Shown here piece after piece: positions 28,250 through 36,741 of a stretch of 64,000 bases of DNA. Each line of letters begins with the position of its first letter. Positions within the stretch are counted from its first letter, which is position 1. Origin of the DNA: Synergistaceae bacterium (GTDB lineage: Bacteria; Synergistota; Synergistia; Synergistales; Synergistaceae); contig JAIRWR010000029.1 of the NCBI GenBank assembly GCA_031268885.1, forward strand, positions 5,120 through 69,119, in the 5' to 3' direction. The notes beneath the pieces were generated by a model that made no database searches, had not been told where the DNA came from, and saw only the letters and a program-made list of their open reading frames with translations. Both the position numbers and the translations under genes were made by a program.

Positions 28250-29662
28250 ATGAAGGAATGGTGTGTCTTGAATAAAACTGAAAATCCACTAAGGACTCTG
28301 GCGCAGTATATCGTTTCGATAAAAATCGAAGAGCTTCCGGCACAAGTAAAGCAAGCCGCTGTTCATTGTCTCGTTGACACGGTGGGAGCGGCGATCGGCG
28401 GGCTTGATTATGATGAGGTTCCAGAGGTGATAGAAACATTCCAAGCCTATTCAGGGCACTACTGCGAACGCGATCCCAGAGCTTCCGTATGGGGCACGCA
28501 TTTCAACACATCTGTCTTTCAAGCTTCCTTTTTAAACGGAATCCTGTCGCACGCACTTGAGTTAGACGATGTTCACACCGGCTCAAAAACTCATATCGGC
28601 GCTGTGGTAGCTCCCGCGGCTTGGTCTGTGGCAGAGGCGATAACAGCGTCGGGAGCGAATTTGATAGAAGCGTTGGTCGCGGGTTATGAAACGATGTCGA
28701 GAATAGGTCGTGGGTTTGGCGTATCTGATCACAGACTCAAGGGATGGCACGTGTCAGGTACGGCTGGAACGTTTGGAGCGGCCGCCGCCGCGGCCAAACT
28801 CCTTGGTTTAGACGCGGAAAGAACTTTAGCCGCTCTTGGCATGGCGGGAACACAATCGTCCGGTGTGTGGGCTTTTTTGGGAGACGGAGCAACCAGCAAA
28901 AAATTACACACTGGAAGATCCGCTGAAAACGGGGTCGTTGCCGCGTTCCTCGCTAAGGCTGGCATGACTGGCCCTGAGCATATTCTCGATTCCGAGGATG
29001 GCGGATTATACAGGACAATGTCTGGGTCGAGTGATTTGAGTGAAGTATCGCGAAAATTAGGGACTGTCTTCGAGATCCTGAACGTCGATAAGAAACCATA
29101 TTCCTGCTGTCGAAGCATGCACCCCGCGATAGATGCCATTCTGTCAGTTAAAAAAGAACTCGGCCTCCCTGCCAGTCAGATAAAAAAAGTTAAAATTAGA
29201 TCGTATGAAGTGGGCATTAAGCAGTGCGGGATCATAATGTATCCAGCAAATACCAGCGAATCCAAATTCTCAATGAGATTCGGCGTCGCAGTCGCTTATA
29301 TAGACGGCTTGGCGGGGAAGGAACAGTTCTCAACGGAGAGGATAAACGATCCTGAAGTACGCGCGCTAGCCGCTCGAGTCGATTATATCGCGGACAGCGA
29401 ATTTACCTCTCGTTATCCTAAAAATTGGGGTTGTTCTCTAGAAGTTACGATTGAAGATGGCTCCGTAATCAAAAAGGAAGTTCTTGATGCCTCTGGGAGC
29501 GTAGCAAATCCAATGACAGTGGAGCAGTTGAAAAAAAAGTTCAAATCACTTGTGTCTAGTTTCGTGGGGAACGAACGGTCGGAATTGATTTTAAAATCAC
29601 TTGAAAATATGGAGAATATTCCTGAAGTATCGGATATTTTGAGTCTTCATAGGGGGAAATGA
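28250..29662 (+). CDS. MmgE/PrpD-family protein (2-methylcitrate dehydratase-like).
   Basis: 470 aa. Family-typical blocks LELDDVH, GWH.SGTAGTFGAAAAAAKLLGL, GMAGTQSSG and KPY.CCR..HPAID. Confidence 0.85.
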   Translation: MKEWCVLNKTENPLRTLAQYIVSIKIEELPAQVKQAAVHCLVDTVGAAIGGLDYDEVPEVIETFQAYSGHYCERDPRASVWGTHFNTSVFQASFLNGILSHALELDDVHTGSKTHIGAVVAPAAWSVAEAITASGANLIEALVAGYETMSRIGRGFGVSDHRLKGWHVSGTAGTFGAAAAAAKLLGLDAERTLAALGMAGTQSSGVWAFLGDGATSKKLHTGRSAENGVVAAFLAKAGMTGPEHILDSEDGGLYRTMSGSSDLSEVSRKLGTVFEILNVDKKPYSCCRSMHPAIDAILSVKKELGLPASQIKKVKIRSYEVGIKQCGIIMYPANTSESKFSMRFGVAVAYIDGLAGKEQFSTERINDPEVRALAARVDYIADSEFTSRYPKNWGCSLEVTIEDGSVIKKEVLDASGSVANPMTVEQLKKKFKSLVSSFVGNERSELILKSLENMENIPEVSDILSLHRGK

Positions 29663-30948
29663 AATTGAATTACACTGAAATTGATTTCCCTGTCGGAAAG
29701 GGATTCGTCAGAGCGCATGTGCCGAATTTGATGGCAGTCGCGGCTCCAAAAAAAGTAAGAGGCGTACCCGACGAAAGAGCGGAGGTGAAAAGAGCGCTCA
29801 AAAATCCGATTGGAACTAGAATGCTCTCAGAAATCGCTCAAGGAAGGAAGAACGCAGCTATAGTGGTAAACGATATTACACGTCCCTATCCTGGCGCTCT
29901 TCTGGTCGATGAAATCGCTAACGAACTGACGCTAGCTGGTCTTAAGGACGAAGATATATTCCTTATCGTTGCTTACGGAACACATAGAGTGAACTCAGAT
30001 GATGAAATAAAAGGGATGTTCGGTGAGGAAATCACAACTCGCTTCCGCATAATTCACCATAAAGGCAGTGACGAAGATACCCTGATAACACTTGGAAAGA
30101 CCGAGCGAGGAATCCCTGTAACCGTAAACAGAGAATACCTTAACGCCGATGTCAAAATATTGACAGGATTGATAACTCCACATCATTCCGCTGGTTTTTC
30201 TGGCGGACGAAAGAGCGTTCTCCCTGGAATATCGGGACTGGAGACTCTTAAAATTCATCATTCATTTCCCTTTAGGCCGACACGTCCTTCTATGGGCTGG
30301 ATAAAGGACAACCCGTTTCACGAGGAGGCCCTTTCGGCCGCAAGGATGGCTGGCGTCGATTTCATAATCAACACTATTGATAATCCCAGCAGGGAGCTTG
30401 TAGCCGCAGTGGCCGGAGAATTGAATGACGCGCATATGGAAGGCGTAAGGATATGCAAAGATATATGGTCTTTTGAACTTCCATCAAAAGCAGATGTCGT
30501 GATAGTGAGTCCGGGAGGCTATCCCAGAGATTTCGACCTTCACCAATCCCAAAAAGCGTGTGCTTGCGCTGAACTGGCTTGTCGTGAAGGAGGAGAAATT
30601 ATTCTATGTGCCGAAGCGACAGACGGGCCGGGGAAATTTGCGAAATTACTAATGGATGCAAACGACCCGCAGGAAGTTATCGACAAATACGCCAGAGAAG
30701 GTTTTACAGCCGAGGTAACATCTAAAGCGTACATGTACGCCAGAGCAATGAAGAGCCATAAAATAGGCCTCGCGTGCAGCATGGTATCCGACGATACAGC
30801 GCGGAACATGTTCATGACTCCGTACAGGACAATAGATGATGGCATTAAAGACGCTATGGACATCTACGGAGAAACCGCGTCCTTTCTAGCAATTCCATAT
30901 GCGGCAGACATAATATTGACACACTCTGGGGAGGAGTCTCTTTTATGA
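29659..30948 (+). CDS. LarA-family (nickel-pincer-nucleotide dependent) 2-hydroxyacid racemase/epimerase homologue.
   Basis: VNDITRPYP, AYGTHR, TPHHSAGFSGGRKSVLPG and KIHHS blocks correspond to the catalytic His/His, the NPN-tethering Lys and the Ni-ligand His positions of lactate racemase as I recall them. The start overlaps the upstream stop as ATGA. Confidence 0.8.
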   Translation: MKLNYTEIDFPVGKGFVRAHVPNLMAVAAPKKVRGVPDERAEVKRALKNPIGTRMLSEIAQGRKNAAIVVNDITRPYPGALLVDEIANELTLAGLKDEDIFLIVAYGTHRVNSDDEIKGMFGEEITTRFRIIHHKGSDEDTLITLGKTERGIPVTVNREYLNADVKILTGLITPHHSAGFSGGRKSVLPGISGLETLKIHHSFPFRPTRPSMGWIKDNPFHEEALSAARMAGVDFIINTIDNPSRELVAAVAGELNDAHMEGVRICKDIWSFELPSKADVVIVSPGGYPRDFDLHQSQKACACAELACREGGEIILCAEATDGPGKFAKLLMDANDPQEVIDKYAREGFTAEVTSKAYMYARAMKSHKIGLACSMVSDDTARNMFMTPYRTIDDGIKDAMDIYGETASFLAIPYAADIILTHSGEESLL

Positions 30949-32087
30949 GAAAGTTCAGAGCGGTGTTCATGCGCGGTGGAACCAGTAAGGGGTTGATATT
31001 TCGAAGAGAGGACCTTCCGGAAGATCAGCGCGATTGGGATTCAATATTTCTTCAAGCAATGGGTAACCCAGATGTGAAACAGATCGACGGACTTGGCGGA
31101 ACAGTGTCCTCAAATAATAAAATCGTTGTGGTTTGGAGATCTGAAAAGGAAGGAGTCGATGTTGAATACCTTGTCGGTCAAGTCGTAGTTGGGAAAGATC
31201 AAGTCGATTACAAAGCAAATTGCGGAAACATGACCTCCGCGGTCGGTCCTTTCGCGCTTGACGAAGGGCTTGTCCAACCCAGCGGCGATCTGATGACGGT
31301 CAGGCTGTTCAACAAGAACACTGATAAAAAGATCGACGTCTCTTTTCCTCTGAGAGACGGAAGATTCGCGTTGGAAGGCAACTGTAAAATAGCCGGAATT
31401 GACGGAACCGCCGCGGAAATCAAAGTGAATTTCTTAGATCCGGCAGGCGCCAAAACAGGCTGCCTCCTGCCGACGGGAAAACAGCGTGAAATTCTCGACG
31501 TGCCTGGCGTGGGGAAAATAGATGTTTCAATTATAGATATTAGCGGTCCTTTCATCATGGTTAATGCTGACGACATTGGACTTGAAGGCATTGAGACCCC
31601 TGAAGAGATAAATAGCAATGCCGAAACATGTGAAAAGCTCGAAAAAATACGCGGTCTAGCCGCTTGTACCATAGGTATGGCGTGTGATATGGAAGACGCG
31701 TCCGCAAATTCACCGGCTTTGCCCAAAATAGGAGTGTGTTCCATTCCAAAGAGATATAAAGACCTGTCGGGTAGGACTGTAGACACAACCGAAATGGATT
31801 TATTGGTCAGAGTGATGTCGGTATTCAAATGCCATAAAGCGAGCCCTCTTACAGCCGCTTGCGCGATAGCTGGCATGGCTGTCATAGATGGAACGATACC
31901 GAACAGCCTGATGAAACGACAAGTTCCAGAGACTGGGGAGATACCCATTCGCATAGCGCATCCCAGCGGAGTCATGACAATGTATGCCGATCTCCAACTA
32001 AGCGGCGGAAAGCCCTTTATCGCTGGAGTCGCTGCACAGCGCACGTCAAGACGAATAATGGACGGAACAGTCTATATAAGGAAGTGA
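30945..32087 (+). CDS. PrpF-family isomerase (2-methylaconitate / aconitate cis-trans isomerase-like).
   Basis: MRKFRAVFMRGGTSKGLIF...QIDGLGG...ANCGNM. ATGA overlap with the LarA-like stop. Confidence 0.85.
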   Translation: MRKFRAVFMRGGTSKGLIFRREDLPEDQRDWDSIFLQAMGNPDVKQIDGLGGTVSSNNKIVVVWRSEKEGVDVEYLVGQVVVGKDQVDYKANCGNMTSAVGPFALDEGLVQPSGDLMTVRLFNKNTDKKIDVSFPLRDGRFALEGNCKIAGIDGTAAEIKVNFLDPAGAKTGCLLPTGKQREILDVPGVGKIDVSIIDISGPFIMVNADDIGLEGIETPEEINSNAETCEKLEKIRGLAACTIGMACDMEDASANSPALPKIGVCSIPKRYKDLSGRTVDTTEMDLLVRVMSVFKCHKASPLTAACAIAGMAVIDGTIPNSLMKRQVPETGEIPIRIAHPSGVMTMYADLQLSGGKPFIAGVAAQRTSRRIMDGTVYIRK

Positions 32088-32092
32088 CAGAT

Positions 32093-33265
32093 ATGAACGC
32101 ACAGATTGATAAAGCAGCCGAAGAATTCAGAAATCTACTTGAAACCGAATTCAAGAGAATTGGACTTATGAAAGAAACTCTGACTCCTATTAACCATGAA
32201 AATATGGATAAAATTGTCGTAGGAATAATTCCAGGAGACGGAATAGGCCCGCTAATCATGAGTCAAACAGAGCGAGTACTTCACGAACTCGCTGGCAGTG
32301 AGATATCGAACGGACGAATGGAGTTACGTCACATAGGAGGCCTCGATATAGAGAACCGAGCGGCTCTAAAACAATCCGTACCAGAAGATATCATGACCGA
32401 AATAAAAAAATGTCAGATTATACTAAAAGGTCCGATGACAACCCCTCGCCCTGGAGATCCGTGGCCCAATATGATAAGCGCTAATTCTCTGCTTCGCAGA
32501 GGATTGGACCTCTTTTGCAATATGCGCCCCGTATCAATGCCTGAAAAGGCAATAGACTGGACCTTCTTCAGGGAGAATATCGAAGGAGCTTACATATGGG
32601 GTAATAAAGGGATACAAGTTAACAGTGACTTAGCTGTCGACTTCGTGATAGAAACACGCCAAGGCAGTGAAAGGATAGCGCGCGCAGCCTTTGAATACGC
32701 TCGCAAAACTGGCAAACGATTCGTGACCGCGGTGACAAAAGCTAATATAGTAAAGCTAACCGACGGCAACTTCTTGAAAGTATGCCGCTCCGTCGCCTCC
32801 GAATATCCGGGGATAAATTACGATGAACGTCTCGTTGATATTGTGGCCGCTAAACTAGGGGATACAGAGTTCAATGAAAATTTACAAGTTTTCATACTAC
32901 CTAATCTTTATGGTGACATCATATCGGACATAGCAGCCGAAATGCAAGGCGGCGTTGGTTCTGCCGGAAGCGCGAACCTCGGCGCTAGATACGCTCTGTT
33001 CGAAGCGGTTCACGGAACCGCTCCTTTTCTCATGCAAAACAACCGAGGGGAATATGCCGATCCCAGCAGTCTATTACGCGCGCTATCCCTTATGTTATTA
33101 CACATTGGAATGCGGGATAAATCAAAGTTATTGGACAGAGCGCTCGATATATGCGGGAGAACGGAACGGAAGATTACAATTACGAGCAAGAGAGAAGATG
33201 CCTCGACCAAGGAATATACCGATTATATTCTTAGAACAATCGCGGAACTGAGGAGAAAAGACTGA
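32093..33265 (+). CDS. Isocitrate/isopropylmalate dehydrogenase-family oxidative decarboxylase, isocitrate-type.
   Basis: GIIPGDGIGP, LKGPMTTP....SANSLLRRGLDLFCNMRP (S-x-N as in isocitrate dehydrogenases), NLYGDIISD. The start ATG 32093 (MNAQIDK) is preferred because the track extension to 31859 overlaps prpF. Confidence 0.85.
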   Translation: MNAQIDKAAEEFRNLLETEFKRIGLMKETLTPINHENMDKIVVGIIPGDGIGPLIMSQTERVLHELAGSEISNGRMELRHIGGLDIENRAALKQSVPEDIMTEIKKCQIILKGPMTTPRPGDPWPNMISANSLLRRGLDLFCNMRPVSMPEKAIDWTFFRENIEGAYIWGNKGIQVNSDLAVDFVIETRQGSERIARAAFEYARKTGKRFVTAVTKANIVKLTDGNFLKVCRSVASEYPGINYDERLVDIVAAKLGDTEFNENLQVFILPNLYGDIISDIAAEMQGGVGSAGSANLGARYALFEAVHGTAPFLMQNNRGEYADPSSLLRALSLMLLHIGMRDKSKLLDRALDICGRTERKITITSKREDASTKEYTDYILRTIAELRRKD

Positions 33266-35571
33266 TGACGATAAGACTTTCGGCAGGTGGAACTTATCTC
33301 TGCCGCGGCACGATTCTCATACCAGACGACGAGGATGCCCAGGCCGTATTGAAACAGGAGACGGGCCGTATTATCTCCAGAGAGGAAGGACGGCGCGGCA
33401 CGATTGCTTACTCCATTCTCTCTTCACACAACATTGGCGACAATAAAAATTTAAGAATAAAATTCGATGCCATGTCGATGCACGATATCACTTCGGTTGG
33501 AGTCATACAAACTGCCAGAGCAAGCGGAATGAAAAATTTTCCGGTTCCGATGATCATGACGAACTGTCATAACAGCCTTTGCGCAGTGGGTGGAACTATA
33601 AATCAAGATGACCACGTCTTCGCGCTCTCCGCCGCGAAAAAATACGGGGGCGTATACGTCCCGCCGCATCTCGCCGTTATCCACTCGTACAATAGAGAGA
33701 TGCTGGCAGGCTGCGGAAAAATGATCCTGGCAACAGACAGCCATACGCGTTATGGAGCGCTTGGCGCTATGGCTGTCGGTGAAGGCGGCGGAGAGCTGGT
33801 TAAACAATTAATAGGTAAAACATATGACATTAGTTACCCCGAAGTGATAGCGATCTACCTGACCGGGAAACCTCAAAAGGGTGTCGGGCCACATGATGTC
33901 GCGCTATCTATAATAGGTGCGGTATTCGAAAAGGGTTATGTAAAAAACAAAGTGCTGGAGTTTATTGGAGAAGGGATAACAGAGCTGTCCGTAGATTTCA
34001 GAAACGGAATAGACGTCATGACAACGGAGACTGCTTGCTGGAGTTCAATATGGAAAACCGACAAAAAAATTAAAGATTTCTTAGAAATTCATGGACGTCC
34101 TTCAGAATATGCTGAACTATCTCCCGCTGAAGTCGCGTACTATGATGGAGTAGTCCACGTCAATCTTTCGGCGATAGAACCAAGCATCGCTATGCCGTTT
34201 CACCCGAGCAACGTATTTACAATACGGGAGTTTCGCAAAAACGCTGTTTCTATAATGGCTGAAGTGGAGGAAAGGGGACGCGGTCTGTCCGGTTCAAAAA
34301 CTGTGGATTTTAAACTGAGAAAGAAGGTTAAAAACAACGAAATTTTTGTCGATCAAGCCGTAGTATGTGGTTGCGCGGGGGGGACGTTCGACAATATAAC
34401 GGCTGTCGCGGATATTCTTGCCGGAAACACGACGGGGAACGGAGTCTTTTCCATGAGTATCTACCCAGGAAGCCAGCCAATATATATTGAACTCGTGAAA
34501 AACGGTACTATTGAAAGCCTCATGAAGAGCGGCGTGATAATACGGTCCGCGTTCTGCGGGCCCTGTTTTGGCGCTGGAGATACGCCAGCTAATGGGGAGT
34601 TTTCCATTCGTCACACGACGCGCAACTTTCCTAGCAGGGAAGGATCTAAGTCCGGTGAAGGTCAGTCGGCTTCGGTGGCATTGATGGATGCTAGATCCAT
34701 CGCGGCGACAGCTTTGAATGGCGGGATACTAACAGCCGCTGACGAGCTTGACGCGGACTACAGGACAGTGAGATTCTTCTTTGACGCTTCGATTTATAAC
34801 AGACGGGTATATGATGGAGTAGGAAAACCTGTCCCTGATACAGAACTTGTTTTGGGACCAAACATTAAAAGTTGGCCGGAGATATCATCGCTTACGGATG
34901 ATATACTACTTAAGGTCGTGAGCTATATAACAGATTCTGTTACTACCACTGATGAACTGTTGCCATCCGGCGAAACTTCGTCATTCCGCTCTAATCCGTT
35001 GAAACTGGCTGAATTTACCTTGGGCCGCAAGGATCCCGGGTACGTATCGCGCGCGAGGTCTATTAAGAAGATCGACGACGACAGGCGTTCGAACATAAAC
35101 CCCGCGGATAACATAGAACTTGCCGCTGTATACGAAAAAATCCGGCAGATACCAGGAAATGAAAAAAAATCCACAATGGAAATCGGCATAGGAAGCGTTA
35201 TATATGCCAATAAACCAGGAGACGGTTCGGCACGCGAACAAGCCGCTTCATGTCAGAAGCTGCTGGGAACTTTCGCGAACATCGCTCGCGAATACGCGAC
35301 TAAGAGGTATCGCTCAAATCTCATTAACTGGGGGATAATACCCTTCCTTACAGATGATGGCGCATCGCTTTGCCTTGGAAATTACGTTTATTTTCCATCA
35401 ATAAAGCAAGCTATATTGGAAAAAAGTGAAACGATAAGAGGTTTCGTGATAGAAGGTGAAAACGTCAGAGAGATAGAGGCGAGACTTGGCGAATTGACTG
35501 ATGAAGAACGTAAGATAATCGTGGATGGATGTCTTATTAATCACTACAGAGGTCAGATGCCTTCTCTCTGA
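33265..35571 (+). CDS. Aconitase-family hydratase (768 aa).
   Basis: ATDSHTRYGALGAMAVGEGGGE, CGPCFGAGD and RNFPSREGS blocks. The start overlaps the upstream stop (TGATG). Confidence 0.9.
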   Translation: MTIRLSAGGTYLCRGTILIPDDEDAQAVLKQETGRIISREEGRRGTIAYSILSSHNIGDNKNLRIKFDAMSMHDITSVGVIQTARASGMKNFPVPMIMTNCHNSLCAVGGTINQDDHVFALSAAKKYGGVYVPPHLAVIHSYNREMLAGCGKMILATDSHTRYGALGAMAVGEGGGELVKQLIGKTYDISYPEVIAIYLTGKPQKGVGPHDVALSIIGAVFEKGYVKNKVLEFIGEGITELSVDFRNGIDVMTTETACWSSIWKTDKKIKDFLEIHGRPSEYAELSPAEVAYYDGVVHVNLSAIEPSIAMPFHPSNVFTIREFRKNAVSIMAEVEERGRGLSGSKTVDFKLRKKVKNNEIFVDQAVVCGCAGGTFDNITAVADILAGNTTGNGVFSMSIYPGSQPIYIELVKNGTIESLMKSGVIIRSAFCGPCFGAGDTPANGEFSIRHTTRNFPSREGSKSGEGQSASVALMDARSIAATALNGGILTAADELDADYRTVRFFFDASIYNRRVYDGVGKPVPDTELVLGPNIKSWPEISSLTDDILLKVVSYITDSVTTTDELLPSGETSSFRSNPLKLAEFTLGRKDPGYVSRARSIKKIDDDRRSNINPADNIELAAVYEKIRQIPGNEKKSTMEIGIGSVIYANKPGDGSAREQAASCQKLLGTFANIAREYATKRYRSNLINWGIIPFLTDDGASLCLGNYVYFPSIKQAILEKSETIRGFVIEGENVREIEARLGELTDEERKIIVDGCLINHYRGQMPSL

Positions 35572-35627
35572 CGCCGGTCACAAAGCAGTGCGTTATGCCG
35601 CGCCTCAACGCGCGGAGTATAATGACC

Positions 35628-35640
35628 GCAATAAACACCG
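35628..35640. repeat. Right copy of the 13-nt direct repeat GCAATAAACACCG.
   Basis: Identical to 19583..19595. It lies in the intergenic region just after the aconitase gene, where base composition returns to GC-rich. Confidence 0.5.
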
Positions 35641-35730
35641 TATCAGCGATGAGTCTGTGGAGGAGCGAATCACCGCTTATACGGTAAAAATGTCGGGATC
35701 TCAAAAGTCCTATTTGAACCGCGCCTGATT

Positions 35731-36498
35731 TTATGTCATCAACCTATAGGCCAGAAGCCCGACGAACTCGCGCAGGGCGGTGCAGCAGTCCAGAAAAGCG
35801 CGCGCGCTCGCGCCAAAAGCTGAAGGAGTCAGACGGTCTCTCGTGGAACGCCAGCCGGACGGCCAGGCGACGAGTTCCACGTCCGGCATTATCCGGGCCG
35901 CCGTCCACATTGCGCGTTTCATGTGATACGCGGTCGTGGAGATCACCAGCCGCTCGAATCCCCTCATTTTGACGAGCTTCGAGACCTCTGTCATATTCTC
36001 CAGCGATGTCCGCGAACGTGTTTCCAGCAGAAGTTCCCCCTCAAAGTTCGCGCCGGCGGCAACCTTCCGGATCGCGTTCTCATAATCTACCGGATTGCCC
36101 TCGTCGTATCCGCCCGAATACATGAGCGGACATCCGAGAAATCGTGCCGCCCCGGTTCCTTCGACGAGCCGCTGAAACGACTGCTCCGCCAGTTCGACCT
36201 CCGCTTCGCCGCCGGGCATGGGATGTGTCCCTCCGCCAGCCAGAACGACGACCAGGGTGGACGTCCCATCCGCTGTCAGAGTAGGGCGCCCGGTCTCCAG
36301 ACGCGCCATCAAGAACTTCGCTGTTACCGGCATGAAGAGTACGTACATTATGACGATCACAGCTAAAAAAATGACCCCGCCCCGGCGAGACGCCCGTCGT
36401 CCACTCCTCATGCCCCAAAGCGAGAGAGGTATCAGAATCGCGAAAAAACACCCCGGCGGGGTCACCAGCGCACCCACTAATTTATACAGGAAAAACAC
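35731..36498 (-). CDS. YdcF/ElyC/SanA (DUF218) family protein.
   Basis: N-terminal TM segments, then VVVLAGG...YSGG...ISTTAYHMKRA blocks typical of DUF218. Confidence 0.75.
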   Translation of the reverse strand: MFFLYKLVGALVTPPGCFFAILIPLSLWGMRSGRRASRRGGVIFLAVIVIMYVLFMPVTAKFLMARLETGRPTLTADGTSTLVVVLAGGGTHPMPGGEAEVELAEQSFQRLVEGTGAARFLGCPLMYSGGYDEGNPVDYENAIRKVAAGANFEGELLLETRSRTSLENMTEVSKLVKMRGFERLVISTTAYHMKRAMWTAARIMPDVELVAWPSGWRSTRDRLTPSAFGASARAFLDCCTALREFVGLLAYRLMT

Positions 36499-36513
36499 AG
36501 CGGCAGACCTCCC

Positions 36514-36741
36514 TTACGACTCCTTTTCCATATCGGAACCCGCCCGTTCGTATTCCAGGCTCAAAGCCTCGGATGAATCGAAATACAGCATTTCTATAAG
36601 ACGCTCCCTGATAATATACCGTACCGCGACGGGTTTGTTAAACCGAAAATACAGATCTTCCTCCCTGTATACGCGCGGAAGATTGGCGTTAAGAGAACGT
36701 TTATATAACGGCCGGCCGTATCCCGCACACGGGACAGTCAT
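36514..36741 (-). CDS. Hypothetical small protein (75 aa).
   Basis: ORF on the same strand between moeB and ydcF, overlapping the moeB 3' end by ~40 nt. Composition is protein-like but no family is recognised and the start is unclear. Confidence 0.25.
   Translation of the reverse strand: MTVPCAGYGRPLYKRSLNANLPRVYREEDLYFRFNKPVAVRYIIRERLIEMLYFDSSEALSLEYERAGSDMEKES

Larger units (their letters stand above)
19583..35640. mobile_element. Putative horizontally acquired ~16-kb genomic island (no integrase or transposase visible).
   Basis: Visibly AT-richer than both flanks (by eye, not computed). Bounded by the 13-nt direct repeat. Cargo is catabolic and regulatory. Confidence 0.35.

Noticed and set aside
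31208-32044. 278-aa minus-strand ORF.
   Set aside because: It is antisense to the PrpF-family gene, which is strongly supported by motifs and by translational coupling with its neighbours.
31859-32092. N-terminal 78-codon extension of the IDH-like ORF in the track.
   Set aside because: It overlaps the 3' end of prpF in another frame. ATG 32093 gives a sensible N-terminus 5 nt after the prpF stop.
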